32,000 nucleotides of DNA, taken from Amoeboradix gromovi X-113 (Eukaryota > Fungi > Sanchytriomycota). The notes beneath the pieces are model-generated. The model saw only the letters and a program-made list of their open reading frames with translations. It searched no databases and was not told the DNA's origin. The DNA is taken from contig JADGIF010000028.1 of NCBI GenBank assembly GCA_018985225.1, positions 1,184 through 33,183 of the forward strand, read 5' to 3'. Shown piece by piece: positions 8,751 to 18,655 of this stretch. The translations under genes and the position numbers were made by a program. Positions within the stretch are counted from its first letter, which is position 1, and the number at the start of each line of letters is the position of its first letter.

Positions 8751-9914
8751 ATGCGACATGGACATGGTTTTCGAAAGTTGAATGTGGGCTCTGAGCATAG
8801 AAAGGCATTGATGAGGAACCTCTCCACTCAGCTAATCCTTAGAGACAGAATCATAACGACAACTGCAAAGGCAAAAGAATTAAGAAAATACATCGAACCA
8901 ATTATTACCAAAGCCAAGAAAGGCACTCCGCATTCTTACAATCTAGTAAAAGGTCAGATATTCCTTCACAACTTAGTGTTGCCTCAATTATTTGGCGTGC
9001 TAGGTCAAAGATACAAAAATCGATCAGGTGGCTACTGTCGATTATCTAGAATTGGATTAAACGACAAAAGTGAAGACGAGTGTTTGGTCGAGCTAGTAGA
9101 TAGTCCTATGGAGTTCACAAAGTCGTATAGACTGAAGTTGTTGGAGAAATATAAAGATCAGATTTATAGAATAAAAAATATGGGACAAAAAAAGAAACTC
9201 GCAAACGGTGATTTACTCGATGTACAGAAACCTTATTCGTATGTGTATCCCTCCCAAAAGAGAATACAAATGCTTAATGATCAGGATAACCATCCCAGTC
9301 TTAAAGATGAAGTCGTGAAGAAACTGACAGAAATCATAGAAAAATATCAACGTTTGTTAAAATCTCGAAAGATTGAATACCATTCTAGTGTGACTTTAAC
9401 AGAAAAAGGCCCCATATATGAAGGTGAATTGTTGAAAGTCTCTCCTCCAGCATTAATGGATGGGAATTTACTTAAGAAGCAAAAGATTGTATTTCATGAA
9501 AAGATAATTCCCTCAGAGTCCTTGAGATTGAGAAAGCATTTATTCAGGAGAGGTATTAGTGAGAATGGTAAACCGTCTCTGAAGGATTTAATGAACCAAA
9601 GCATCAAAAAGGAAGCCTTGGAAAATTGCGAAAGGTATCTCAAGGGAAATGATACTGTTGACGAACAGACCCTGATTCAAGAAACAAAGCGATTGCAAGA
9701 ATTGAAAGGGTTCAAGAACTATAATGTGAAGATATCAACCGTGGAACGGGTAGTTTTGGAAGCTAAACCGTCAAACTCAAAATATTCGGAAAAATTAATT
9801 GACATGACAGAAGAGGCCGAAGAATTGCTTGAGAAAGAGAAAAAAGAAAAGGAAGATAAAGCCAGTAGAAAAACGATTATTGGTAAGCATGGCAGAAATA
9901 AACATTTGAGATAA
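8751..9914 (+). CDS. MRPL8: Mitochondrial ribosomal protein bL17m with long C-terminal extension
   Basis: MRHGHGFRKLN..SEHRKALMRNL, ITTTAKAKE, RYKNRSGGY. Confidence 0.9.
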   Translation: MRHGHGFRKLNVGSEHRKALMRNLSTQLILRDRIITTTAKAKELRKYIEPIITKAKKGTPHSYNLVKGQIFLHNLVLPQLFGVLGQRYKNRSGGYCRLSRIGLNDKSEDECLVELVDSPMEFTKSYRLKLLEKYKDQIYRIKNMGQKKKLANGDLLDVQKPYSYVYPSQKRIQMLNDQDNHPSLKDEVVKKLTEIIEKYQRLLKSRKIEYHSSVTLTEKGPIYEGELLKVSPPALMDGNLLKKQKIVFHEKIIPSESLRLRKHLFRRGISENGKPSLKDLMNQSIKKEALENCERYLKGNDTVDEQTLIQETKRLQELKGFKNYNVKISTVERVVLEAKPSNSKYSEKLIDMTEEAEELLEKEKKEKEDKASRKTIIGKHGRNKHLR

Positions 9915-10030
9915 TTAGTCAGGCTTTAACTTTCAATGGTTTTTGCGGTCTCAGAGCTCGCAGTATCTGCTTCTTTATGCATTGCGTTGCTAAGGTGGTC
10001 TTATCTAAAAACTTGAACTAATCTCCTTGA

Positions 10031-10672
10031 ATGACCGTTGTCGGCATAGTTTTACAAATGGAATCCGTCACAGAAGAGTACTACAGTTGCGATTTTAATA
10101 TTTGCGCTGACGGTTCAGGGCAGAATAAAGAATTGAGTCCTAATGTCGTCATAGGTGATATGGACTCGTTTAAAGAATTTGGAAATTTGGAATTAGTGGA
10201 AAAATGCAACAAGTATGGTGGGTCAACTAGAAAAATGGGAGATACGCTTGTTATCCAAGATCCTAATCAGGACACAACTGATTTTCAGAAATGCTTAAGC
10301 TATGTTAAAACGATTTCTGATGCTACCAAAATATCAATATTTGGAGGACTAGGGGGCAGGTTTGATCATACAATTAGTGTACTGCACGTTTTAGAGCAGC
10401 TTGATATGAGTATCCCAGTTGTTGTCAATGACAAGAACAACACTCTTTATGTTTTAAATCAAGGCACTCATAATTTTACATCATCTGATTTTTCTGGTAG
10501 TTCCGCAGGATTATTTGCCATATCTTCAGTTCATGTCAAGACTTTTGGCTTTAAGTGGAACATTGATAGTTATGTAGAACTTGGAAAATTCATTAGTACT
10601 AGCAATGCCGTAACAGACGACCTTGTGATTGAGTGTACTGGAAGATGCTTCTTAATAAAATCAGATTTATGA
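10031..10672 (+). CDS. THI80: Thiamine pyrophosphokinase
   Basis: CADG, IGDMDS, QDTTDFQK, GGLGGRFDH, KWN and ISTSN. Confidence 0.93.
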   Translation: MTVVGIVLQMESVTEEYYSCDFNICADGSGQNKELSPNVVIGDMDSFKEFGNLELVEKCNKYGGSTRKMGDTLVIQDPNQDTTDFQKCLSYVKTISDATKISIFGGLGGRFDHTISVLHVLEQLDMSIPVVVNDKNNTLYVLNQGTHNFTSSDFSGSSAGLFAISSVHVKTFGFKWNIDSYVELGKFISTSNAVTDDLVIECTGRCFLIKSDL

Positions 10673-10906
10673 ATGAAAAAACAAGACATAAATTCAAGCT
10701 TATTCTTCTATAGCTCTTGGCCCAAATGAATACACCTCTTTACCTGATAATATTTATTCAAATTCACTTCTTCATCTTTTGAGTGATATTTAGCATCATT
10801 TTAAGGGCTACTGAGCTGTTTGAAACTAGGTAATTACCTCTCTATTCATCATCCTACTTGCGGCTTTGCTTAGATGGTATTATTATAATCAATCCCTTGG
10901 AACAAG

Positions 10907-12226
10907 ATGTCAATTCAACAAATCTTAATTAATTTTTCAAAATTAAAATTACCGGATAAATTGAAAACACTGGAATTACTCGAGAAATCACTAAAATTAG
11001 ATCCTATACAAATCTTGCCAAACGAGATAATCCTACATATACTTCAATTCATGGATTATCATGACTTACTTAACATAAAGTTGCTCAATAAAACATATTT
11101 TAATTTAATAAAAGATGAGCATTTGTGGTACAAGCTATACCTTAAAGAATACCCAGTATATAATAATATGGACTACAACAAATTTGAGTATTATTATGCT
11201 CAGCAGAAACATCTGGACAGCAATTGGAGTGATTTAAACTACAACGGCTATGCAACGAAAATACATTCTCGCGGTATCTATTGTGTTGATTTATCGTCTG
11301 ATATCATTGTCTGTGGTGGAAGAGATCATTTAGTTAAAGTTTTCGATTTAAGTGGCACTTTGATATCCAAGCTATCTGGGCATACTGCTAGCGTTCTGTG
11401 CATTGAGCTAGCGACCGATGAGTCTAACAATTACTCACATATTCCGTTACATCTACTTCCGGTTACTACCAAAAATAGAATAGTTTCCGGTAGTTCAGAT
11501 GCCACTGTAGCTATTTGGGATAGCAACTGCGGTACTCTAATAAATCGGTTTAATGCCCATCTAGAAGCCGTGCTAAATCTGAGCGTTTTTAAGAATTTCC
11601 ACACATTTGCCACTTGCTCAAAAGACCGTCATGTTGCATTGTGGGATGTGAACAACTGCAGCTCGCCACTGCTAAACATGGATGGCCATCAAGCAGCCGT
11701 TAATAGTGTTGTAGCCTTGCAGGATGTTGTTGTAAGTGCAGGTGGGGACAGAGTAATCAAAGTGTGGGACAAAAGAACTGGAACGAGTGTACTTAATTTA
11801 GTAGGACATGACAGAGGCATAGCTTGTTTGGATGTTGATTTGAATTATGTAGCCAGCGGTAGTAGTGATAAGACAATACGAATTCATGATTTAAGAATGG
11901 GAAGTTGCTGCAACGTCATTCGAGTACACGATGAGCTGGTAAGAACAGTAAGCATTAACGCAAGAAGGCAGACAGTGGTTAGTGGTAGCTATGATTCCAA
12001 AGTGATTCTTACGAATTTCATGCACGCTACGTATACAAATAAGACACTGCAGCCAACAAAACAACCATATAACGTCATAGAATATACTGATGACCATAGC
12101 TCCTATATAAGAACCACAGAGAGAGGGCCTGGTCATTCAAGTAGAGTATTTAATGTTGCAATGAGCAATGACAGGATTATAAGTGTTTCTGAAGATAACA
12201 GAATGATTATATGGGACTTCAATTAG
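10907..12226 (+). CDS. F-box/WD40-repeat protein (beta-TrCP/Fwd1-like SCF substrate adaptor)
   Basis: F-box LPNEIILHILQFMD followed by about seven GH...WD repeats. Confidence 0.93.
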   Translation: MSIQQILINFSKLKLPDKLKTLELLEKSLKLDPIQILPNEIILHILQFMDYHDLLNIKLLNKTYFNLIKDEHLWYKLYLKEYPVYNNMDYNKFEYYYAQQKHLDSNWSDLNYNGYATKIHSRGIYCVDLSSDIIVCGGRDHLVKVFDLSGTLISKLSGHTASVLCIELATDESNNYSHIPLHLLPVTTKNRIVSGSSDATVAIWDSNCGTLINRFNAHLEAVLNLSVFKNFHTFATCSKDRHVALWDVNNCSSPLLNMDGHQAAVNSVVALQDVVVSAGGDRVIKVWDKRTGTSVLNLVGHDRGIACLDVDLNYVASGSSDKTIRIHDLRMGSCCNVIRVHDELVRTVSINARRQTVVSGSYDSKVILTNFMHATYTNKTLQPTKQPYNVIEYTDDHSSYIRTTERGPGHSSRVFNVAMSNDRIISVSEDNRMIIWDFN

Positions 12227-12268
12227 TAAAGTTATGTGCGCTCATCTATATACTTATTTATTAAAATA

Positions 12269-12633
12269 TTACTTTTCGTCAGGCTTGATTTCCTTAAACA
12301 CCCTGCAATGCCTTTCAAAGTTAAATATTACATCTTTGACTGGATCTACGAATGTTTTGTTGTCAGACCTTAAGGGTATCCTACCGCCATAAGTGCAAGG
12401 CTTTGGGTCATATTTGCATTTGTTCATGTGAACCAGTAAATCATGTTTTCTCTTAAATCCTTTATTACAAGGACAAGTAAATGGCCTGACATCAAAATGA
12501 ACTTTGAGATGGGATACCATACCAAATCTGTTACTTCTTTCTACACTGCAAACCTCCCACTGACAACTACCGATGAAATTGCATTTTCTTCGATGGCCAA
12601 TATGATTAGCAAAATGGTTCAGAACATCCAAAT
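12269..12633 (-). pseudogene. PacC/Rim101-like zinc-finger gene, 5'-truncated at a MITE junction
   Basis: HIG...CQW..C...R..MVSHLKVHFDVRPFTCPCNKGFKRKHDL. The Cys pair of finger 1 is absent, and the first codons of the called ORF come from the TIR at 12634-12643. Confidence 0.75.
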
Positions 12634-12902
12634 GGGACATCAAATATAAAAACTGGACTAACTTTCTGTAACAACTTGGAACATTATTTCAGCTTTATTA
12701 ATTTTATGGATTCAAGAGGCGAGTGGACATTCAGTTACTTGCGGAGTTGACGAGTATAAAAGGAAAATAAATAACTTTTTGTATCGAAATTTCAAAAATA
12801 AATATTCTGTACAGCTATTCTCTTACTCTTTCATCCAGTCTTTATTTCAAATAGACCTCTGATTCATAGTACTAATTCATAACAGGGTATATTTTCATTT
12901 AA
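12634..12902 (+). mobile_element. MITE family copy 2, left end only
   Basis: Starts GGGACATCAAATATAAAAACTGGACTAACT and aligns with 2706-2920 apart from two internal indels; no right TIR seen nearby. Confidence 0.9.
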
Positions 12903-13279
12903 GAACTATCCAGAAAGAACTGGCAAGACAAGAGTCAGGGAGACTGTCCAGTTGGTCTTCAAAAGTTTTCTAATACAATTTCCGGGGCTTGAGGATTGGT
13001 GTAATAGGCATTGACATCTCGATTCAAATCCCCATTATAAATCACTTATTTTCATGCTGATTTACCTCCATTTATTATCTTTTTATAGTCTTTTATAATT
13101 GTATTTTATACAAATATCGTTCACAGTGCTATTATCTATGCAGATCCATTAAGCTTGTTAAAGCAGAAAATTACTGATTCTTGGTCTGACTATGGTGTCC
13201 ATTTGTACAAAAAATGCAGATTTAAAGCAAATCAAAAAATTTATTTGTTTTAATTATGCTTGGGTAGTACAATCTCTGC

Positions 13280-13771
13280 TTACCTTGGGCATTTGTATTT
13301 AGAGTTCAGACCTTGGAGAGAAAATTTGCTTTCAGCTCCAGGCAGCCGTCTAGATATAGCATATAGTTTACTAGCTGCAAGTAGGCCTTCCTTTGAGTAT
13401 CGCTTCCCGTCCTTGGATATTAGTAGTGCTTTCCTTCCAAGCTCCACTTGAGATATTATCTCTTTTAAAGGGTCTTTAAATTCTACCACCTTAATCTTTT
13501 CATCGTTACATTTTCTTTGATGAACTATTCTATCGTATTTTCTTTTAAAAGATTTTCCACACTTGCATGGAAAAGGTCTCACATCAATATGTACAGCTAT
13601 GTGGCTCACCATCGCCCCTCTTGTATTTTTGCGAACATTACATCCAGCCCATTTGCAGTGTGGTTTAAACGTATTCCTCTTTGGATACCCAACATGTCCC
13701 TCTACGTGTCCCAGTATCTCATCTTGCTCTTTGAAAGTCTTGTAGCAGTCCTCCCACTTACATATCATCAT
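13280..13771 (-). CDS. Short PacC/Rim101-like zinc-finger protein
   Basis: CKWEDC...H...HVG...CKWAGC....R..MVSHIAVHIDVRPFPCKCGKSFKRKYD matches the PacC three-finger layout, including the Trp in fingers 1 and 2. Confidence 0.85.
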   Translation of the reverse strand: MMICKWEDCYKTFKEQDEILGHVEGHVGYPKRNTFKPHCKWAGCNVRKNTRGAMVSHIAVHIDVRPFPCKCGKSFKRKYDRIVHQRKCNDEKIKVVEFKDPLKEIISQVELGRKALLISKDGKRYSKEGLLAASKLYAISRRLPGAESKFSLQGLNSKYKCPR

Positions 13772-14459
13772 TTCTCGCTATTCCTGTTTAACTTGGGGTA
13801 ATTACTTGGGACAGTCCTGTGAAAAGTAGATCAGAGGGGCAAAAGGGATAACAAAAGGAAAAGAGATAACAAGTTATAAGATATCAAAAAAGGTAACAGA
13901 AAGTATAGCACATAGGACTAGTTAGATTATTGCAATAGTCCTGTAACCCGTCACTAGCACTAGTAAGCCATAGGATGACGTGGCATTCAGAAAGCTTGTA
14001 GCTAGAAAAACATTTACTAAGACAAACAATGACGATAGTTGTGAAAATGTGGTTAGTACGGTAATGACGATTACGAACAGAGCATAAAGAACCATAGCAG
14101 TCCAAGGGGTGATCGGATATTAATTTGTGTGGCAGTAACATTCAAGTCAAAAAGACCTACTGAGGACATTGAAAGAGCACTAGTTGGTAACTAAAGCTTG
14201 TTATCTAACGCATCGGAAACAGAACATTGGTCATTTCTGTTTGACTAGATTTAATTGAAGAAACCTGGAACACTCTACATTGTCTGGAGGATCTCAATCT
14301 TTCAAATAGTCACGAATTCTAGCGTTTGCAGGTCAATGATATGGTTTTGATGTACCAGAGTGAGCTTAATTTTTATAGCGGGCTTACCAACTAGGCGAGA
14401 TTATAGGACCATCCAGTAGTAAATCCTTGCAAATACCTTAAAATTAGAACTAGTTTTAT

Positions 14460-16160
14460 TTATTTCCTTTTGATGTAACCAGGGCATAACCTAGTTAAAT
14501 CCTTTCTGTAAATATCTGGATAGAGTATGTACTGCCTCATATTCTTGTATATGGTAGGACACGAGTATAATGTGGGTGTCTTTATTATGCATTGAGCAGG
14601 TATTCTTTTATCTTTTGGAATGTATAATTCACCACTGCATACATCCCCATTAAATACCTGATCTGGCTCCATCACTGATCGTAACGCTGTGCTATCAATA
14701 TTCGCCAGCTGCTGCCCCAAGACCCTTACATCGTTTATGTCTGAATTGTTCAAAAATGAGTTGAACTTAACTACCACCTGCCTAACCTGGAGGACATTTA
14801 ATTCCAACTGTTTCATTTGTCCACTTACTGCAGTTGACAGCATAGTGCTGCATTCGCTCACAGTACAAGTACCATTAACCTTAACTAGATCAACCTGAGT
14901 GTATTCGCACTCTTTGGCATTCTTGTAGCATTGTTTCTTTGTCATTCCAAATGGTAGAAATATGAAAGATAGAAACCGACGAGTTTTAGAGCATGGCTGC
15001 TTGCAATCTTTCTTGTAGATTCGCTCAAATTGACAAACTTCCTTGGCATCATCTGTCAAAAGTCGGACAAACTTGCAAGTAGGATCCCTACATTCCTTGT
15101 TGACTATACGAGGGACTGCTACTTGCGACTGGGCTATGAATTGGTACTTAGGTTCTGCAGTAGTTTCATTGATATAGCCTTGATTAATCGGCTGATTAGG
15201 TACCTTGAATGTTAGCAAACATGAAGATGAGTCACTTTTTTTGATATTCGATGATAAAATGTACTTTTTCCACGAATTGTACCATAAATTGACCATGTTG
15301 GAGTAATGAACTTGGAAAGAATTGGCAAACTGGTAATACTTATTCGCAATGTCCTCAGTCGGCAAATTCAATCGTTTAGATAGTAAGTACCACTCTTTAA
15401 CTGCCATAAGCAAAATGGAAATAAATTGTGGGTATACTGCCACGGCGACGCTTACCTCATAGTATTCGAAATCTAGTTGATCAGTAACGCTTATAGGTAA
15501 CTTGTTTGCCAGCATTTCATTTGAGGTTTCAATGATCATACTTTCATAATTAGACACAATTTTAGTTGAAGACTGGTTAGACTGGAATTGATTTAGATAG
15601 CCAGTGATTATCCTAAGACTACGCTGTTGTTGTCCTTGGTATTGCTCTAGAAATCTGATATCCATTTTGTTGTCCATTAGCTCATTTAGAAAAGGCTTCA
15701 TGCTCATGAATGACTGATCTGGAGTAGGCAAGATCATGTTGACGAATTCCACAACTTGTTTAAATAGCTCAACGGGATCTAATTGAGGTGGGGGTTTATC
15801 ATCAAATAGCGTTTTGGAAAGCGTCATTACGGAACCCAGAACCATCCCTGGCATAGAACCGCTAAACATCAATAAAGTACTGGCTAGATCAAATGCACCA
15901 CCAAATAAGGCATTTGATCTGTCTTGTGACGATGCACTTTTATCGGATACACCTTGAATAGCAGTAGCAAGGCTAGGCGCCGAGAATGCTAATCCCATAG
16001 CCATTCCACTCATGTCTCTCCTACTTAATCGTCTGTCACGATTTTTTCGACATGATTTAGCTAAAATCGATCTTAACGGTGAATGCTGCCATCTTTTATT
16101 TGCGATCGCATTCTTCTGGTTTTCTGTTAATTGAGAATAGGACAGCATAAGTAGCAACAT
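14460..16160 (-). CDS. Secreted protein with putative delta-endotoxin (Cry domain I)-like helical region and Cys-rich C-terminus
   Basis: Short hydrophobic N-terminus, polybasic RDRRLSRR, a Gly-rich hydrophobic hairpin, and YYEVSVAVAVYPQ...IANKYYQ...HYSNMVNLWYN. The CDS is secure; the domain call is by eye. Confidence 0.6.
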   Translation of the reverse strand: MLLLMLSYSQLTENQKNAIANKRWQHSPLRSILAKSCRKNRDRRLSRRDMSGMAMGLAFSAPSLATAIQGVSDKSASSQDRSNALFGGAFDLASTLLMFSGSMPGMVLGSVMTLSKTLFDDKPPPQLDPVELFKQVVEFVNMILPTPDQSFMSMKPFLNELMDNKMDIRFLEQYQGQQQRSLRIITGYLNQFQSNQSSTKIVSNYESMIIETSNEMLANKLPISVTDQLDFEYYEVSVAVAVYPQFISILLMAVKEWYLLSKRLNLPTEDIANKYYQFANSFQVHYSNMVNLWYNSWKKYILSSNIKKSDSSSCLLTFKVPNQPINQGYINETTAEPKYQFIAQSQVAVPRIVNKECRDPTCKFVRLLTDDAKEVCQFERIYKKDCKQPCSKTRRFLSFIFLPFGMTKKQCYKNAKECEYTQVDLVKVNGTCTVSECSTMLSTAVSGQMKQLELNVLQVRQVVVKFNSFLNNSDINDVRVLGQQLANIDSTALRSVMEPDQVFNGDVCSGELYIPKDKRIPAQCIIKTPTLYSCPTIYKNMRQYILYPDIYRKDLTRLCPGYIKRK

Positions 16161-16208
16161 GGATAATTCAAATAAGAAACATTTCTAAGTTATTTATTTC
16201 GTGTTTCA

Positions 16209-17960
16209 CTAAATTCCTTTATTTCTCACAAATTCCTGGTTGTGTAAAAAGGCTTCTTCTGGCAACTTCTTATCTATTTCGCATCTCAACCTGGTGTCAT
16301 CCAATTGTCTAAGTTCTCTTAGTTGCCTAGTGTTTAAATTACAATAGTTAATAAATGCAATTAAACATTCAACACTGGCGTTAACTAACTTTTCATTATT
16401 GTTATTGTTTAAATAGTAGAGTAATGGCTTCTTTATTTTAATATAAAATGTTTTGAATCTACTACTCATGAAATCAGTAGCATAAAGTACAATTTTTGTT
16501 ATGATTTTTAAAACAAAATAGACCACGTTTTCATCATCATGCAGTCTGCTTAACAGTTGCTCCCACACAAGATGTATGCAGTTCAGGTAAAGTTTATGGT
16601 TTCTGAACAATTCCAAGCAGTTGTAGATAATCGACATGTAAATGGCTCTAATATTGATTTTTGAGTAACTTATAAACTGCATAGCTATTTTGAATATTGC
16701 AACTACGTGTAGACTATCGTCTTCGTCTTTCAGTGTCTCTTGAGTTTCTTGCTTTTTTGGGATACGGTTTAATCTCATGTCCAACCAGTGTTCCAAATGA
16801 GGCATTACTTTCTTTTCTTCTATCAGTTCCATTTGCTGAGTGTTCTTCTTTAATAAAAGGGTGTATCTGTAGAGAAGCACACCTATTTCTTCTATTATTG
16901 TCATTCTTGGTAAACTTTCCAAGACATCAAAACAGATATCCAAACTGTCATCCATCAGCATGGCTATCGCTCCTGTGTCTATTTTATTCATCAATTTTAA
17001 TGAGTTGCTTAATACGTTCAATGCGTCCTTACTAGGTATCATTAACGCTGCCCTGTCTACTAGATAATCAAAATTCTCAAATACTATTAAATCAAGGGGA
17101 ATCTTGAGTGAGCTGGATATATTTTCAAGTGCTACCTGATGATCAGCATTCAAAGCATCCCAAAGAATTGGATTATCAATGAAATTACAGCTTTTCACAG
17201 CTAATGAGGTATATTTTAGATCATTTGAGTACTTGCTAAAATGTGGTAAATAAGGCATCAAATACTCTAAAACAGTCGAGTCCTGGGATATGTACATGTA
17301 GATATGGTCAATAGGTATTATATTGATTATATGGTGTACGTATTCACTACTTCTACAGCGAGACAATAGCAAATCGTAATTCTTATATATTTGTAAGTAA
17401 TGCATATTAATAAGGAGTACAATATCATCTTGGCTTAATTTTGGTAGTAGTAAAGGCAAAAGTAGGTCACATTTTACTTTAAAATTGTAAACGTTGTACA
17501 AAAAGGCATTTGCAATACTTTTAATCATAAACTCATTGTTACGCTTGAACACGCAAGAGAGCAAATCATTCATTTGCAATTTAAATGGCAAATACTGCAA
17601 GTATTCGGCTAACTTTGCCGCATCGACGTCATTGATTACTGAAATTATGACAAATTCTAAGCTTGGATAAACTATGGATTTGTCTTTAAACTTCATCAGC
17701 AATTTGGTCATTTTAGATATCAGTCCAGGCGCTAGATGTACTAGTTCCTCTCGAGGCAGCAAGCGGACAATTCTAAACAAGATTGACTTCAAATTACTTA
17801 AAATTGCATTGGTACAGTTTTTCGACAGTAAATCAAATAAAAGCATAAGTATATGGGAGAAATGAAAGGAGTTGGTATAATACAAAGTGCTGGGATTAAT
17901 CAAGCGGTATTCTAATGGGTTTTCAATGGCGTTTAACAAATTTGACTCAATCTCTAGCAT
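16209..17960 (-). CDS. TTI1: TTI1-like HEAT-repeat protein (TTT complex), shortened
   Basis: LAPGLISKM, ENFDYLVD, IHLVWEQLLSRLHD and DFMSSRF occur in TTI1 order. Confidence 0.7.
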   Translation of the reverse strand: MLEIESNLLNAIENPLEYRLINPSTLYYTNSFHFSHILMLLFDLLSKNCTNAILSNLKSILFRIVRLLPREELVHLAPGLISKMTKLLMKFKDKSIVYPSLEFVIISVINDVDAAKLAEYLQYLPFKLQMNDLLSCVFKRNNEFMIKSIANAFLYNVYNFKVKCDLLLPLLLPKLSQDDIVLLINMHYLQIYKNYDLLLSRCRSSEYVHHIINIIPIDHIYMYISQDSTVLEYLMPYLPHFSKYSNDLKYTSLAVKSCNFIDNPILWDALNADHQVALENISSSLKIPLDLIVFENFDYLVDRAALMIPSKDALNVLSNSLKLMNKIDTGAIAMLMDDSLDICFDVLESLPRMTIIEEIGVLLYRYTLLLKKNTQQMELIEEKKVMPHLEHWLDMRLNRIPKKQETQETLKDEDDSLHVVAIFKIAMQFISYSKINIRAIYMSIIYNCLELFRNHKLYLNCIHLVWEQLLSRLHDDENVVYFVLKIITKIVLYATDFMSSRFKTFYIKIKKPLLYYLNNNNNEKLVNASVECLIAFINYCNLNTRQLRELRQLDDTRLRCEIDKKLPEEAFLHNQEFVRNKGI

Positions 17961-18007
17961 TGAAAGTAGGAGGACACAATCTCGGAGTTGAAGTAGATGA
18001 AATAAAT

Positions 18008-18655
18008 TTATTGAAAGAAACTATCCCTTCTTAGTCTTCTTTTAGGAATCTTTGAGCTGTCGACAGTTTCTGACACACCACCAACACTATCGCATACAGT
18101 TTTGATGCTGTCACGTCTAGAGGTGGGGAATGCACACATAATAGCATCTTTGTTGCTGCACATGGGAGTTCTATAATGGAAATCGTCATCAACTCTATGC
18201 CAAGTATTTCTACGAGAAAAGTTGAAATTTTTGAATTTTATGGCATTGCTATGGAATATTCTGCTGAACTTGAGAATTGCGACAATGAATAAGAGTAAAA
18301 ACGTCAACATAATGTAACTATAGTGATTTTCATCATTTTCCAAACTAGAGTCCAGGTATGCATTACATTTCTTTTTGATTTTATATATAGTTCTAATAAT
18401 TAATAATCTGAGTTCTTCCGCAATGTTATTGGAATATTCATATTTGGAGTTTTCTTCACTCAAGATTGGATCCAGTTCTAATTTATTTGCATTCCTAGTC
18501 GACTTGCGTATATTAAGATTGAACTTCTCAAAGGCACAGCTTATAAATGATCCCATCTCACTATCCAAAGAGTATCCAATTATATCAGGATTAGTATGTA
18601 TGAATGTGATCGCTACAAATCCTAAAAGCGACAACATGGCATTGAGGAAATTCAT
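18008..18655 (-). CDS. Hypothetical membrane protein
   Basis: N-terminal hydrophobic segment, internal TM (YIMLTFLLLFIVAIL) and a basic tail with RRxS/T sites. Confidence 0.65.
   Translation of the reverse strand: MNFLNAMLSLLGFVAITFIHTNPDIIGYSLDSEMGSFISCAFEKFNLNIRKSTRNANKLELDPILSEENSKYEYSNNIAEELRLLIIRTIYKIKKKCNAYLDSSLENDENHYSYIMLTFLLLFIVAILKFSRIFHSNAIKFKNFNFSRRNTWHRVDDDFHYRTPMCSNKDAIMCAFPTSRRDSIKTVCDSVGGVSETVDSSKIPKRRLRRDSFFQ

Noticed and set aside
12903-13020. Minus-strand KTFEDQLD resembling the missing finger-1 segment of the truncated PacC-like gene
   Set aside because: No Cys pair, an in-frame stop precedes it, and no TSD links it to 12633; probably chance.
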